From: Rhynchopus sp. YZ270_cl-10
Lineage: Eukaryota
DNA: 64,000 bases
Assembly: GCA_964035575.1 (NCBI GenBank)
Contig: OZ037837.1
Coordinates: 682,001 to 746,000 of the forward strand
Direction of reading: 5' to 3'
Below are positions 34,107 through 46,342 of the stretch, in pieces. The notes under the pieces are model-generated. The model was not told the DNA's origin and ran no database searches. It saw only the letters and a list, made by a program, of their open reading frames with translations. The number at the start of each line of letters is the position of its first letter. The first letter of the stretch is position 1. The position numbers were made by a program, and so were the translations under genes.

Positions 34107-36029
34107 TCAAAGCTTTAGTGAGGCTGGTGTACGCAGATGCAGGTTATCAACAAACAAACGGCGATAAAATAAATAGAAAAAGGGTTGCAGCTTCAAGGAG
34201 GAGGGGGGGTATTTCCTTTTTCCTTTTCTTCCCACACTATTTTCTTTCCTTACTTCAAAAACTCTCTCTTTTTTGATTGATTTGGTTTTGGTTTTGGTTG
34301 AGACACAGCAATGGTGTCGGTTCTGTGGAATCACTGAACCACCCATATCCTGTATCACATCGTTGATTGTTCTTTCCCTGCGTTGACTGCAGGAAAGTTC
34401 GCGAAAACTATCGCGACCAGGAATAAAAGACTCCTGCATCGGTTTTCTTTTTCACATGTTCATATCCAGTGTTTCCGCTATGAATTTTATTTTCCCTTCC
34501 TTCAAAACTTCACACGCAACGCTTTTTTGGTTTTTGGGAGACACACAAGGTGCCAGGTTCTATGATAAGCACGGAACCACCCTGCACCTGTTTGTCATGT
34601 TGTTTCCCGTGCAATATATGGAGAAACGTTTCGCACTCGAAACAAGGGAAAGCTTTTTGAATAAAAAATGAACGAAGCACAAAAACAAGCGCGTGTGGAA
34701 GAAAAAAGGGAAAATATTTTTCTGATTCATAGTGGTGTTTATGTTTTGGGTACGGGGCGGAGAATAAAATCTGTTCGATAAAAGAAACGCAAGATTTTTA
34801 TTTTTTCTTGTTCAGATCATAGATGGCAGTCGGGCCGAGTCGGGCATATTGTAGTCAATATAAGGTCTGACATGCAAGCGATGCTACTGCAGCAAGGTAT
34901 TACTAAAAATTGAAACCGCACTCCTACTTTTCCTTTTTACGTTTTTTTCGCGACCCCCGCAATAAAGCACCTGATTTTTACCCCGTGTATAGGCGTATAG
35001 GCGTATAGGCCCGTATAGGTCGGACCCCAGAAGTACGACAATTCCACCACAAAAAAAAAAGCACACCCCCCAAAAAAGGGCTTTGTACGTAAACCATGAG
35101 TGCCAAACGTTACAAAGGGAGAGGGGGTTTTCAGAATAAGAAAACTAAATAAACTTCTTTTGAAATTATTACGCATCCACTTGCCGTTTGGATAAAGAAA
35201 ACAAAGACGAAAAAGGGGGTTTTGGGGGGAAGAGTTTAATTCTTGAACGCATCCCCACACTCAGTCACACACCACACACATTTAGATAAAACAAAAGTGC
35301 ATTACGTATCCAAAACAGAGATGTTTGGGACGACATCAGATTTCTGTATTGGCGTAACAGGGAGAGGAGGGGGTGCTCCTACAGGTGCCTATCATAACGG
35401 ATTAGTCAGGGGGACCAGTAGTGGAACCACTGGTCGTAACGACTAGTGCTAAACTGGTAGTGTTACGGGTGTAACACTAGTCGTAAAAACACCAGTCATT
35501 TGAGCTAGTAGCACTACTAGTAGTCCTTTTGACTCATCCGCCGTGATCAAGTAGTCGTGGGAGGCTCAACAACTGCAACAACCATCCTCTGCCCAGGCGT
35601 ACCAGGGTACAGGGGCCTTCGGTGGATGGGTTACTGCTGCTTCGAGAGGGTGCGTCACGTTATTGATCAAAAGAAACAATATTAAGCGTGCTGCAAACAC
35701 GACTGTGCTTGCAGGAAGCGACGACAAACAAAGAAACAGAGCGAAAGACTCGTCGCATTGCACCACAGGAGAAGAGAGGCCATCCCGCACAGAAAACACA
35801 CACACAGACAACCCTTAAGGAAGCATGCCACATTGATGTTTGATGAAAAGTAAAGAAAACTATAAACAGAATCTGCAAACACGTCTGTGCTTGCAGTAGT
35901 GGTTTCGCACAAAACAAACCTGTTACGTTTCGTTTTGCACAAATAGGCGGGCTGGGAGGAGGTGGTGGTGAGTACTACACAGTGAAGTGCAGGTACTCAT
36001 ATACACGCTGTCAACACGACACACGTAAC

Positions 36030-36533
36030 TCACGTCATCTCTTCCTCCACGTAGTCGTACGCGTCACATCCTTCAACCAGAGCTGAAGCATCCTGTACGC
36101 AGTGCTGTTGTCCGTTGTACTCCACCACAGACCTGCGTCGCCCTGCAAACAGCACTCCTGCCAGCACCACAACCAGAAGTGCACCAGAACCAGCCAGCAT
36201 CCAAACGTAGGTGGGGATACCAGAGCCCGTCCCCTCACTTCCAAACCTGTGTAGGTAGTGTTGTGTAGGGCATAAGGATCATTCTGAAAAAAAGTGTGCT
36301 TTATTGTCTCTGCTAGACCCCTCTGTGCAAATGTGGCAAAAGGTTCACAACCCCTCTGGTTGCTGTATTTCCTCTTCCTCGACACGATGTGTTTTACTAC
36401 AAAAGATGTTAAAGCGCACAGATCTGTGTTTTGCATCTTGGCATTGTTCTGAAGTGGAAGAGGCTATGAGGGTCACATACCCGACTTCGACAGGTGACAG
36501 TGTTGGCGCAACTGTCGTGACAGCTGTTGGCGG
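36030..36533 (-). other. Orphan second TM/cytoplasmic-tail exon (36246..36030) with its intron and a stub of a PT-stalk exon
   Basis: Phase-2 acceptor CTACACAG|G-TTT-GGA. Intact frame FGSEGTGSGIPTYVWMLAGSGALLVVVLAGVLFAGRRR…YDYVEEEMT*. Family intron 36247-36480. Stub PPTAVTTVAPTLSPVEVG at 36481-36533. Confidence 0.85.
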
Positions 36534-36789
36534 AATTATTCAGAACATATTTCAAAAAAGGATCTCGAGCTTTCCTCGTGGAACGAGTAAGCATCAGAAG
36601 CTCTATCCTGTCATCACCAAAGGGTACGAGGATGGACGCTGACGAATGCAAAATACTGTGGAGGGCGAGACACAATGCTTCTGGAGCATTGCAGAGTGCA
36701 TCGAGACTTGACCAAGCTCGTTATATCACAGCTCTGCATCAGAACATTCGAGGTACAATTACGATACCACCCAACACAACACACGTAAC

Positions 36790-39700
36790 TCACGTCATCT
36801 CTTCCTCCACGTAGTCGTACGCGTCACATCCTTCAACCAGAGCTGAAGCATCCTGCTCGCAGTGCTGTTGTCCGTTGTACGCCACCACAGACCTGCGTCG
36901 CCGTGCAAACAGCACTCCTGCCAGCACCACAACCAGAAGTGCACCAGAACCAGCCAGCATCCAAACGTAGGTGGGGATACCGGATCCTGTCCCCTTGTCC
37001 TGCACTGCTGGTACTGGTGCTTGTGCAGCCCACTGCAGGCCACAGGGCGCAACGCAGCTGGCAACAACCGCACTCCCCTTCACACACCGCACCACAAGCA
37101 CACCCTCCATGTTGCTCGCCACGTGCAGCGTCAGGTCCGCCCCCACTGCCGACACCGACCCCAGCGTGGCCGTCACCGTCACGTCTGCGTCATCCTCGCA
37201 CAGCAGCGTGCCTGAGAAGTCCTTCACAGCAGAGCTGTGTGCACCTGACGTCTGCAGGCTTGCTCCTGTCGCGTTCACAGCCTTCGCCACAGACAGTGTG
37301 GGCAGCACGTCCACTTCGGAACCCCCTGGCACATCGTGAGGCACAAACACCGACTGCACACGCATTGTGAAGGCGAAACTCATACGCCCCGTCTGCGCCG
37401 ACATGGGGCTCGCACGGAAATACATCTTCTCTGCGTACACCGTGCTTGGCGTGCCAACAAACGTCTCGTTTGGGCCAAGTGTCACCTCCGTCGACCACAG
37501 CACGGCGTCGCTGTTCGCCGAGTGAAGCACCAACACAAACTCCACTGTCTCCCCCTCAGTCGGCCCACGGGTCAGCACAAAGCTCAGCATGTATGCCGTG
37601 TGTGAGTCAGACAGGTCCACCTTTGTGAGCTTGAACGGCGACATCAGGTCCAGCGAGACTGTGTTCACCATGCTGTGTGTTTGAAACATGAAGCAGTTTT
37701 CGTGGAATTCATAATAGTGCAGGACCGCGGTACAAAACAAGCTTGACATACCTGTGCACGCGAAAGTCAATGAAGCCCTCGACAACTGCCGAAAGAAATT
37801 CTGTTCCGTTCACGAGAGGTGGTGATGTCGTCACAATGAATGGTGGCACTGCGGACGGGTCGACACTTGTTGAGGGCACGTGCGTTGGCCCGCCCCACCC
37901 AAACACAGCATCGGCAGTGGCAGACACCCATATGGCACTGCCACGCAGGCAGGTCGTCGTGAAGACCGTCACCACACCTGGGTCCTGAAACATGAAGGAC
38001 GTCGTGTTCGAGGCCAGCACACGCAACGAACCTCTGAACGGAGACACCGTGAACGTCATCTCGCTGTCCACAGCACCACAGTCCAGCATCTGCATCTCAG
38101 ACGTCATATCGTGATTGTGGCTCTCGCCAGACATCGGCAAAAGAGGCAAGAACCCAAACTCATTTCTGTTGAGTCGCAACCGCGCCACGTCCAGCACAGG
38201 CACCTCAGGCATTGGTGTGAACTTGGTGTGCAACAACATCGTGCAATTGAATTCGTTTCCGCCTTCCTTCTGTGCCTGGAACAACACTGTGAACGTCTTT
38301 CCGTCCAAAGTCTCCTCTGCCGTGATCGTGGCAGTTTGCCCCGGGCCGAGAGTGACCCACTGCAGGACGCTCCCTGTGTCGCCAATCACTGTAACCCAAA
38401 AGATCGCACTTTCGCTGTCACCTGCAGCACGTGACAGCGTGAGTGCATCAAATGAAAGCAACTGACCAGGAACACTCAAGAATCCTTGAGCCAACTCAAA
38501 AACAGACCTGCAAAAATGGAGAATGGAGATACGTGGGGTGGGTGGGCCATTCCCATTGAGGGTAAGGAACAAACAAAAGAAAAGGATGCAAGATGCATCT
38601 AAGCCCCACGTGCTTAATCATAATCAATAATAGTATCAAAACATACCCCGGATCGTGTGTGCGCACCCGAGCCTTGACAATTTGAGTGACGGCGACAGCA
38701 ACTGCGACTGGTGACAATGTTGTCTCAACAGTGGGAAGAGCTGTTGGCAGTGCTGTTGGGGGACTAGCTGTTGGTGGAGCAACTGTCGGGGAAACTGTTG
38801 GCCAAGGTGTTGGCGGGGCAACTGTTGGGGAAACTGTCGGAACAGCAGTTGGCACAGCTGTGGGAGGAGCAACTGTTGGGGCTGCTGTTGGGGAAACTGT
38901 CGGAACAGCAGTTGGCACTGCTGTTGGTGGAGCAACTGTCGGGGAAACTGTTGGCCCAGGTGTTGGCGGGGCAACTGTTGGGGAAACTGTCGGAACAACA
39001 GTTGGCACAGCTGTGGGAGGAGCAACTGTTGGGGCAACTGTCGGCACTGCAGTTGGCACAGCTGTTAGTGGAGCAAGTGTTGGCCAAACTGTAGGCACTG
39101 CAGTTGGCACAGCTGTGGGAGGAGCAACTGTTGGGGCTGCTGTTGGGGAAACTGTCGGAACAGCAGTTGGCACTGCTGTTGGTGGAGCAACTGTCGGGGA
39201 AACTGTTGGCCCAGGTGTTGGCGGGGCAACTGTTGGGGAAACTGTCGGAACAACAGTTGGCACAGCTGTGGGAGGAGCAACTGTCGGCACTGCAGTTGGC
39301 ACAGCTGTTAGTGGAGCAAGTGTTGGCCAAACTGTAGGCACTGCAGTTGGCACAGCTGTTGGTGGAACAAATGTTGGTGCAACTGTCGGAACAGCTGTTG
39401 GCGGTACTGCTGTTGGGGTTACGTCAAAGAAGGCCCAGGAGAAGTGTGAGGCTTGCTCAGACACGACGAAGATCTGCTTGCCCTTCACACAGGGGACATC
39501 CATCCAAACGATGCCGTTGTTCTTGTTTGCGCTGAAGGAAAACGCCGTCTCAGCACCTGTGTGGTCGTGGATCGTGACAAACCCTGGCTCGTTCGCCTTC
39601 AGTGAGAACCTCAACTTCCCGTACTCTGTGCATGTGATAACACCTGCGTATGTCTGTGCACTGGAAGAGAGCTCACCGTTCATGCCCCACGTCGTGTTGA

Positions 39701-42519
39701 CACCATCGTAACTGCCTGCAGCGATGTGCTGTGTGACTGCGTCAGGCGACAGTGCAGGTGTCAGCAGTTCGGGCACGCCATTGTTCGGAACAAACGTTAA
39801 TCCCACGGACATGGAGAAAAATTCCAGAAGTGCAGACGTCCCTGTCAGCTTCAAACACAGATCGTCACCACGCTCCCACGCAGCACGGTCAAACAGCACA
39901 CCCGTCACCTCCACAGTCTTCAATCTCCATGCCCCCATGGTCACATCCTTTGAGAACAGTACTGCTGCGTTCGACCCACACCCCTGTGTGATGGACAGCG
40001 TCGCGAAGAGAGGATCTGCTTTGGTTTGGAGCCTCAGACTGGCGATAGACACAACGTAGTTGTCCATCACATCACCCTCAAGCAGGCTGATGGCAGAGCC
40101 CACACCAGCAGAAAGACCTCCAGACCTGTGTGGTGGTGTTGTGTGTGGCACTATGTTCCTCATTCCAAGTACACAAAGATGCGTAATACTGTGCTTCACT
40201 CTGTGTGCAAATGTGGCAAAAGGTTCACAACCCTCTGGTTGTTGTATTTCCTCTTCCTCGACACGATGTGTTTTACTACAAAAGATGTTAAAGCGCACAG
40301 ATCTGTGTTTTGCATCTTGACATTGTTCTGAAGTGGAAGAGGGCCACATACCCGACTGTGACACGCGCCTGTGTCATGTGCATCTCGTAGAAGAAGGCGT
40401 TCCAGGAGAAGTATGAGGCTTGCTCAGACACGACGAAGATCTGCTTGCCCTTCACACAGGGGACATCCATCCAAACGACGCCGTTGTTGTTGCTTGCGCT
40501 GAAGGAAAACGCCTGTGTGCCTGTGTGGTCGTGTATCGTGACAAACCCTGGCTCGTTGTCCTTCAGTGAGAACCTCAACTTCCCGTACTCTGTGCATGTG
40601 ATAACACCTGCGTATGTCTGTGCACTGGAAGAGAGCTCACCGTTCATGCCCCACGTCGTGTTGACACCATCGTAACTGCCTGCAGCGATGTGCTGTGTGA
40701 CTGCGTCAGGCGACAGTGCAGGTGTCAGCAGTTCGGGCACGCCATTCTTCGGAACAAACGTTAATCCCACGGACATGGAGAAAAATTCCAGAAGTGCAGA
40801 CGTCCCTGTCAGCTTCACACACAGGTCGTCACCACGCTCCCACGCAGCACGGTCAAACGGCACACCCGTCACCTCCACAGTCATCAATCTCCATGCCCCC
40901 ATGTTCACATCCTTCGAGAACAGTGTTGGTGTATTCGACCCACACCCCTGTGTGATGGACAGCGTCACATCCGCATCTTCTTTTGCCCAGATGGTCAGAC
41001 TGGTGATAGACACAACATAGTTGTCCATCACGTCACCCTCAAGCAGGCTGATGGCAGAGCCCACACCAGCAGAAAGAGTTCCAGACCTGTGTGGTGGTGT
41101 TGTGTGTGGCACTATGTTCACAACCCCTATGGTTGTTGTATTTCCTCTTCCTCGACACGATGTGTTTTACTACAAAAGATGTTAAAGCGCACAGATCTGT
41201 GTTTTACATCTTGACACTGTTCTGAAGTGGAAGAGGGCCACATACCCGACTGTGACACGCGCCAGTGTCCTGTGCATCTCGTGCACCGGGCGGGCAACTG
41301 ATGCAGCAAGTGTAGTTGGTGGTGTTTCTGTTGCTGGTGCTGCAGTGGCAGGAGTCGGTGTTGGTGGTGCAACTGTTTGCGGTGCGGACGTTACGCGGGC
41401 GGGCATACTGGTGACAGGTGTCTGTGTTGGTGGTGGAAGTGTTGACATAGCTGTCGGTACTGCTGTTGGGGTTGCGTCAAAGGCCCAGGAGAAGTGTGAG
41501 GCTTGCTCAGACACGACGAAGATCTGCTTGCCCTTCACACAGGGGACATCCCAAGAAACGTAGGCGTTGTTGTTGCTTGCGCTGAAGGAAAACGCCGTCT
41601 CAGCGCCTGTGTGGTCGTGTATCGTGAGAAACCCTGGCTTGTAGGACTTCAGTGAGAACGTCACCTTCCCGGACTCTGTGCATGTGATAATACCTGCAGA
41701 TATCTGTGCACTGGAGGAGAGCTCACCACTCATGCCCCACGTCGTGTCGACACCATCGTAGCTGCCTGCAGCGATGTGCTGTGTGACTGCGTCAGGCGAC
41801 AGTGCAGGTGTCAGCAGTTCGGGAACGCCATTCTTCGGAACAAACGTTAATCCCACGAACATGGAGAAGAAGTTCACAAGCTGAGCATCCCCTGTCAGCT
41901 TCACACACAGGTCGTCACCACGCTCCCACGCAGCACGGTCAAACGGCACACCCGTCACCTCCACAACTACCGATGTCTCCCTGTTCACATCCTTCGAAAA
42001 CAGAGTTGTCGCGTTCGACCCACACCCCTGTGTGATGGACAGCGTCGCAGTAAAGACATCTGTTTGGAGCTTCAGACTGGCGATAGACACAACATAGTTG
42101 TCCATCACATCACCCTCAAGCAGGCTGATGGCAGAGCCCACACCAGCAGAAAGACCTCCAGACCTGTGTGGTGGTGTTGTGTGTGGCACTATGTTCCTCA
42201 TTCCAAGTACACAAAGATGCGTAATACTGTGCTTCACTCTGTGTGCAAATGTGGCAAAAGGTTCACAACCCTCTGGTTGCTGTATTTCCTCTTCCTCGAC
42301 ACGATGTGTTTTACGACAAAAGATGTTAAAGCGCACAGATCTGTGTTTTGCATCTTGGCATTGTTCTGAAGTGGAAGAGGCTATGAGGGTAACATACCCG
42401 ACTGTGACACGCGCCTGTGTCCTGCTCATCTCGTGCACCGTGCTGGCCAGTGAAGCCTCTGCCAGAAGAGACAGCAGCACAAAGGCTGTGTGCTTCCCCC
42501 GCTGACATGTTGTTGACAT
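36790..42519 (-). CDS. Variable-domain type-I membrane protein, locus B (~1630 aa): leader, three V domains, long PT stalk, two further beta-rich modules, TM, tail
   Basis: join(42519..42398, 42163..41246, 41086..40352, 40125..38647, 38507..37752, 37672..36790) = 4893 nt, open throughout. All five introns are GTATGT…CAG and phase 2. Internal exons of 918, 735, 1479 and 756 nt are all multiples of 3. Confidence 0.88.
38720..39420 (-). repeat. Coding higher-order PT-rich repeat (PTAV/PTVA/PTVS units)
   Basis: About 230 codons of degenerate 12-15-nt units with a duplicated larger block (…PTVWPTLAPLTAV… occurs twice). Confidence 0.95.
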
Positions 42520-43432
42520 TGTGGTACCTGGGTGGTGTGGTGTGGTCGTGTGGGCATGAACATCCTTGGTCATATGGCTACAGCGCTGCTTTGAAGATGT
42601 GGACCAAGGGTCGCGCCAAGTCACCGCAGACGAACCTGAGACTTCATGTTGGAGTTCGAAAAACACAGTCAGACTTTGTCTCCGGACCCGGGTCTGGGAA
42701 AGTGCTGCGGGGGGTACGGAGATTACGTCCGAATTCACCGTTTCTGACCCGCTCGTCTCTGGTGTTCCTCTTGCCCCAAAGCTTCAAAGTTTTGGTGAGT
42801 AAGTGAGGCTGGTGGACGCAGATGCAGGTTATCAACAAAACGGAAAAATAAATAGAAAAAGGAGGGCGGGGGGATTTCCTTTTTTTTGTTGTGTCGACAA
42901 TCGCCTGCTAGTGCAGGATCTGTACTTAATGTCTTTTTCCTTTTTCTTCTCGCACTGTGTTCATCTCCCCGATAAAGAAGGAAAAGTCATGATAAGATGA
43001 TCTAAGCCTCTTGCGCTTAGTCACCAATAAATGCTCTCAATATTCTGACGGGAGGGGTGAGGAAGTGCAACGTGAAAAAGAAAACCTTTTGTTGAGTCTC
43101 TTATTGGAAACTGTTTTCTTCTCCGCTAACACACAAAAAAAAAAAAAAAAAAAAAACACTTGACAGGAAAAAATGTTTTTCACACAACGTTTTTTGCTGT
43201 TCTCCTTTTTTAACTTTCTGCTTTTCCTCTTTTTCAAAAAAAGCCTTTGTCCTACATTTCCCCTACACTTCTACTGCCTTTTTATTCTGGAATCACTAGA
43301 ATTTTAGTAACTCAGGACGCTCTCCTTATTTGGGTACCTACCCCCCCCCCCCCCCCCTATAGGTGTCAGTATTTGTATTTTGATGTATTTTTGTATTTTG
43401 ATGAGGGGCCCATCAAAATACATCAAAATACA

Positions 43433-43612
43433 CTGTGTACTGTGTACTGTGTACTGTGTACTGTGTACTGTGTACTGTGTACTGTGTACTGTGTACTGTG
43501 TACTGTGTACTGTGTACTGTGTACTGTGTACTGTGTACTGTGTACTGTGTACTGTGTACTGTGTACTGTGTACTGTGTACTGTGTACTGTGTACTGTGTA
43601 CTGTGTACTGTG
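43433..43612. repeat. (CTGTGTA)n heptamer microsatellite, ~25 perfect copies
   Basis: Directly visible. Flanked by GTATTTTGAT/ATCAAAATAC repeats. Confidence 0.97.
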
Positions 43613-43929
43613 CGGAAATTGGCCAAAACCGAGAACTTGTCCATTTCGGTAAATTGACCCCACCACTGGCCGGACGGATTCCGGAAATGCAAATGCCGGC
43701 GTTTAAAAGCTCACCAACGAAGAAAAAAATTTTCCAACACCGGTATACCCCCCCTTATCTACTCAACGTAAAGTATTTTGATGTATTTTTGGCATCATAA
43801 TACATCATAATACATCAAAATACATCAAAATACACGTGTATTTTGATGTATTTTGATGTATTTTGTGTATTCCAATGGGCTCCCATCACAATACTGCCAC
43901 CACTACCCCCCCCCCCCCCCCCCCCCGTA

Positions 43930-45539
43930 GGGGGGGTCAAATGCACTTAAAAAAACGATACAAACGTCATTTTTTCGAGTTTTTGATAAAAACGCATTAT
44001 TTTGGATGATTGAGTAGAAATTTTGACCAAGAACCTCTCAAAAACATCGTGGGGGGTGGTTTTCACGCCAGAGGGGGATCACATGCACCCCAAATGGTGA
44101 AATTCCAAAAAAAAAAAAAAAATTGCCCATGATTGGTACCAGCCCCACCAATTCCTTAACCCTTTATGGACCACGACCGGTTTTTTCGATTTGCTAGGAT
44201 CTTCTCTCCCATAGGTAAAATGAGATCCGATGCATATTTTTGATCGTACCTGGCCGCAATTGAAAGATTTTGAGCAGATCTTTCAAATGGAGCAGAAATC
44301 GAAATAAAATGAGAAAAATGGAAAATGGAAAATTGAGGGGAGCTGATATTTTTTTCTGAAATTTTTGAAGAAAAAATTATTCCGGCTGCGCACCTGTTTT
44401 TTCGGTTTTCGAAAATGGCTTCATTTGAAAGATCGGTTCAAAATCTTTCAAAAGAAAAAAAAATCGATCAAAAAGTCCTAGTAGATAATGTCTCACTGCA
44501 TGGAGAGAAGGTACCAACCAACTACATATACCGTAATTGTACAGAGGTTGGACAGTACAAAAGTTGGGGCTTTTGGGACTTTTGGCCAACTTGGCATGGT
44601 GCTGAACAAAGGTGAACGCCGCATCCCCCGCACATGTAATCTGTTTTCAGACGCCTGTTTCCCAAGCAAGAAGAAGTTGTCGACCAACACCCTCCTGCCA
44701 GTGTCTCTGTACCTTGACCGTGTTGATATAGATTTTCTGTACAATGTCCCTCAAAAGACAAAATGCAATAAATACACGGAGAAGAGGCACATCCAGTTCA
44801 GGGTCAGGAACTGCAACGACGCGTGTTACTTTGCCCAGTCGCGGGTATTTTCCATTATTTTAGTTTCGTTCTGAAGACCGTACAAAATGGTTCCCTGCAC
44901 ACCAAAGTTTGAATCCTCTGATGACTCAAGCGCGTCAGAATGGTACATTATTCCCAAAAAATGACCCAAAATACCCTATTATGTGATAATGCCGGGTGTG
45001 CATGAGAGGGGATGAGAGCGTCAAAAAAAATCGAATCTTGCGTCTTTTGAAAGATTTCGCACAAAATCTTCTCATTAAAAAAAAAAATCTTCAAAAAGTC
45101 CTAGTGGAAGCCAATTTAGGTGGTTGCGTGGACATATATGTCCCCTCTGGTCCTTAAAGGGTTAAGGAGTTAAATTCCGATTTTTTTCATTTTTTTTTGC
45201 GATTTTTTTGCTCAAAAATTGACGATACCCTGTTTTCGGGGCAAAACTCTCTAATTTTGGGCAGTTCCGTGTGAAAATATGCAAAAATAGTCAAAAATTG
45301 GAAAATCGTTAAGGAAATCGTTAAGGAAAATCCTTAAGACTTAACGTGGGGTACCAATCCTGGGCAATTTTTCAATTTTCACGTTTTAGCACCTCCTGGG
45401 CCCGAAAAATGGGTCAAAACCGACCGACAAACAGTTTTCCACACGATATGTGTCACATTTTCGGGTCAGATTCACTTAGAAATGCGTTTTTATCAAAAAC
45501 TGAAAAAAGTGGGTTTGTATCACCCATTTGACCCCCCCC
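43930..45539. mobile_element. TIR element remnant hosting the piggyBac
   Basis: Ends GGGGGGGTCAAATG / CATTTGACCCCCCCC with TA outside each. Internal inverted matches GATAAAAACGCATT / AATGCGTTTTTATC and AATTGCCCA.GATTGGTACC / GGTACCAATC.TGGGCAATT. Confidence 0.6.
44160..45161 (+). mobile_element. Non-autonomous piggyBac (1002 bp) with a possible transposase remnant
   Basis: TTAA|CCCTTTATGGACCA … TGGTCCTTAAAGGG|TTAA. Internal ORF 44488-44874 ends in a decayed Cys-rich tail (KCNK…RNCNDACYF). Confidence 0.9.
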
Positions 45540-45542
45540 TAA

Positions 45543-46217
45543 CCCCCCCCCGTGCATAAGTCTGCGTATAAGTCCGATTTTTGAGGGGGCTGAGGGCCCT
45601 CGGACTTATACACGGGGTTTCGGACTTATGCACGGGTATCGGACTTATACACCGGTTTTGTGCACCCAGGTACCCAGACCCATGCAGTGGCACATGACCT
45701 CAGTGTGAGTGACCCACACATGAGGGAATGTGACACCGCAAAATTCACCACCAGACCCTGTAGTCGTGCACCTTCGGTACAACGCCGCAGGCCAAACAGG
45801 AATGAGGTATCAAACATGAGAACCAACTCCAGCAACAAGGGCACCTTTTGGCTGTTGAGGGTGTTTGGGGTGCAAAGTCTTCCACAATGTTGCAGTAACA
45901 GGTTCACATCTTTGAGAATTGTGTGGATGATGTTTTGACATGAGAAGCGTGAAGATGATCCCTGGTGAATACACCGCCAATAAAAATAAAATTGCGCTCG
46001 CTTCGCTCGCGGAAAAACACCTTAAAAATTTTCCCCGCTCGCTTCGCGAGCGGGAAAACCCCCAAAAAAATTTTCCTCCACCACCAGTACACAAAACTGG
46101 TGTATAAGTCGGCCTGTGCATAAGTCCGATCCTGAACCCAAATCTTCCCGGACTTATACACGGGTCATCGGACTTATGCACGGGTCATGGGGGTCGGACT
46201 TATGCACGGGGGGGGGG
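45543..46217. mobile_element. TIR element, Tc1/mariner/pogo-like MITE
   Basis: Ends CCCCCCCCCGTGCATAAGTC / GACTTATGCACGGGGGGGGGG|TA. Repeated CGGACTTAT(A/G)CAC subterminal motifs. Confidence 0.65.
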
Positions 46218-46342
46218 TAGGTATTTAAAAAAGTGAAGTTATCAATGCAGGCACCTCCGACTGACCCACGTACGGCAGCCATCCGGATGAAAGCACAAGT
46301 ACAGTCAGTGTTTCCCACGGTGAGATTTTGGGGTGAGAAATC

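Noticed and set aside
38686..39711. Plus-strand ORF rich in VGATVG, and similar ORFs at 19772-20500 and 59170-59598
   Set aside because: Antisense shadows of the PT-repeat coding strand, which has the signal peptide, splice sites and TM.
43247..43800. ORFs with CTVYCVL / HSTQYTV repeats; possible telomeric repeat
   Set aside because: Artefacts of a stop-free heptamer microsatellite. It is interstitial and not a TTAGGG-type repeat.
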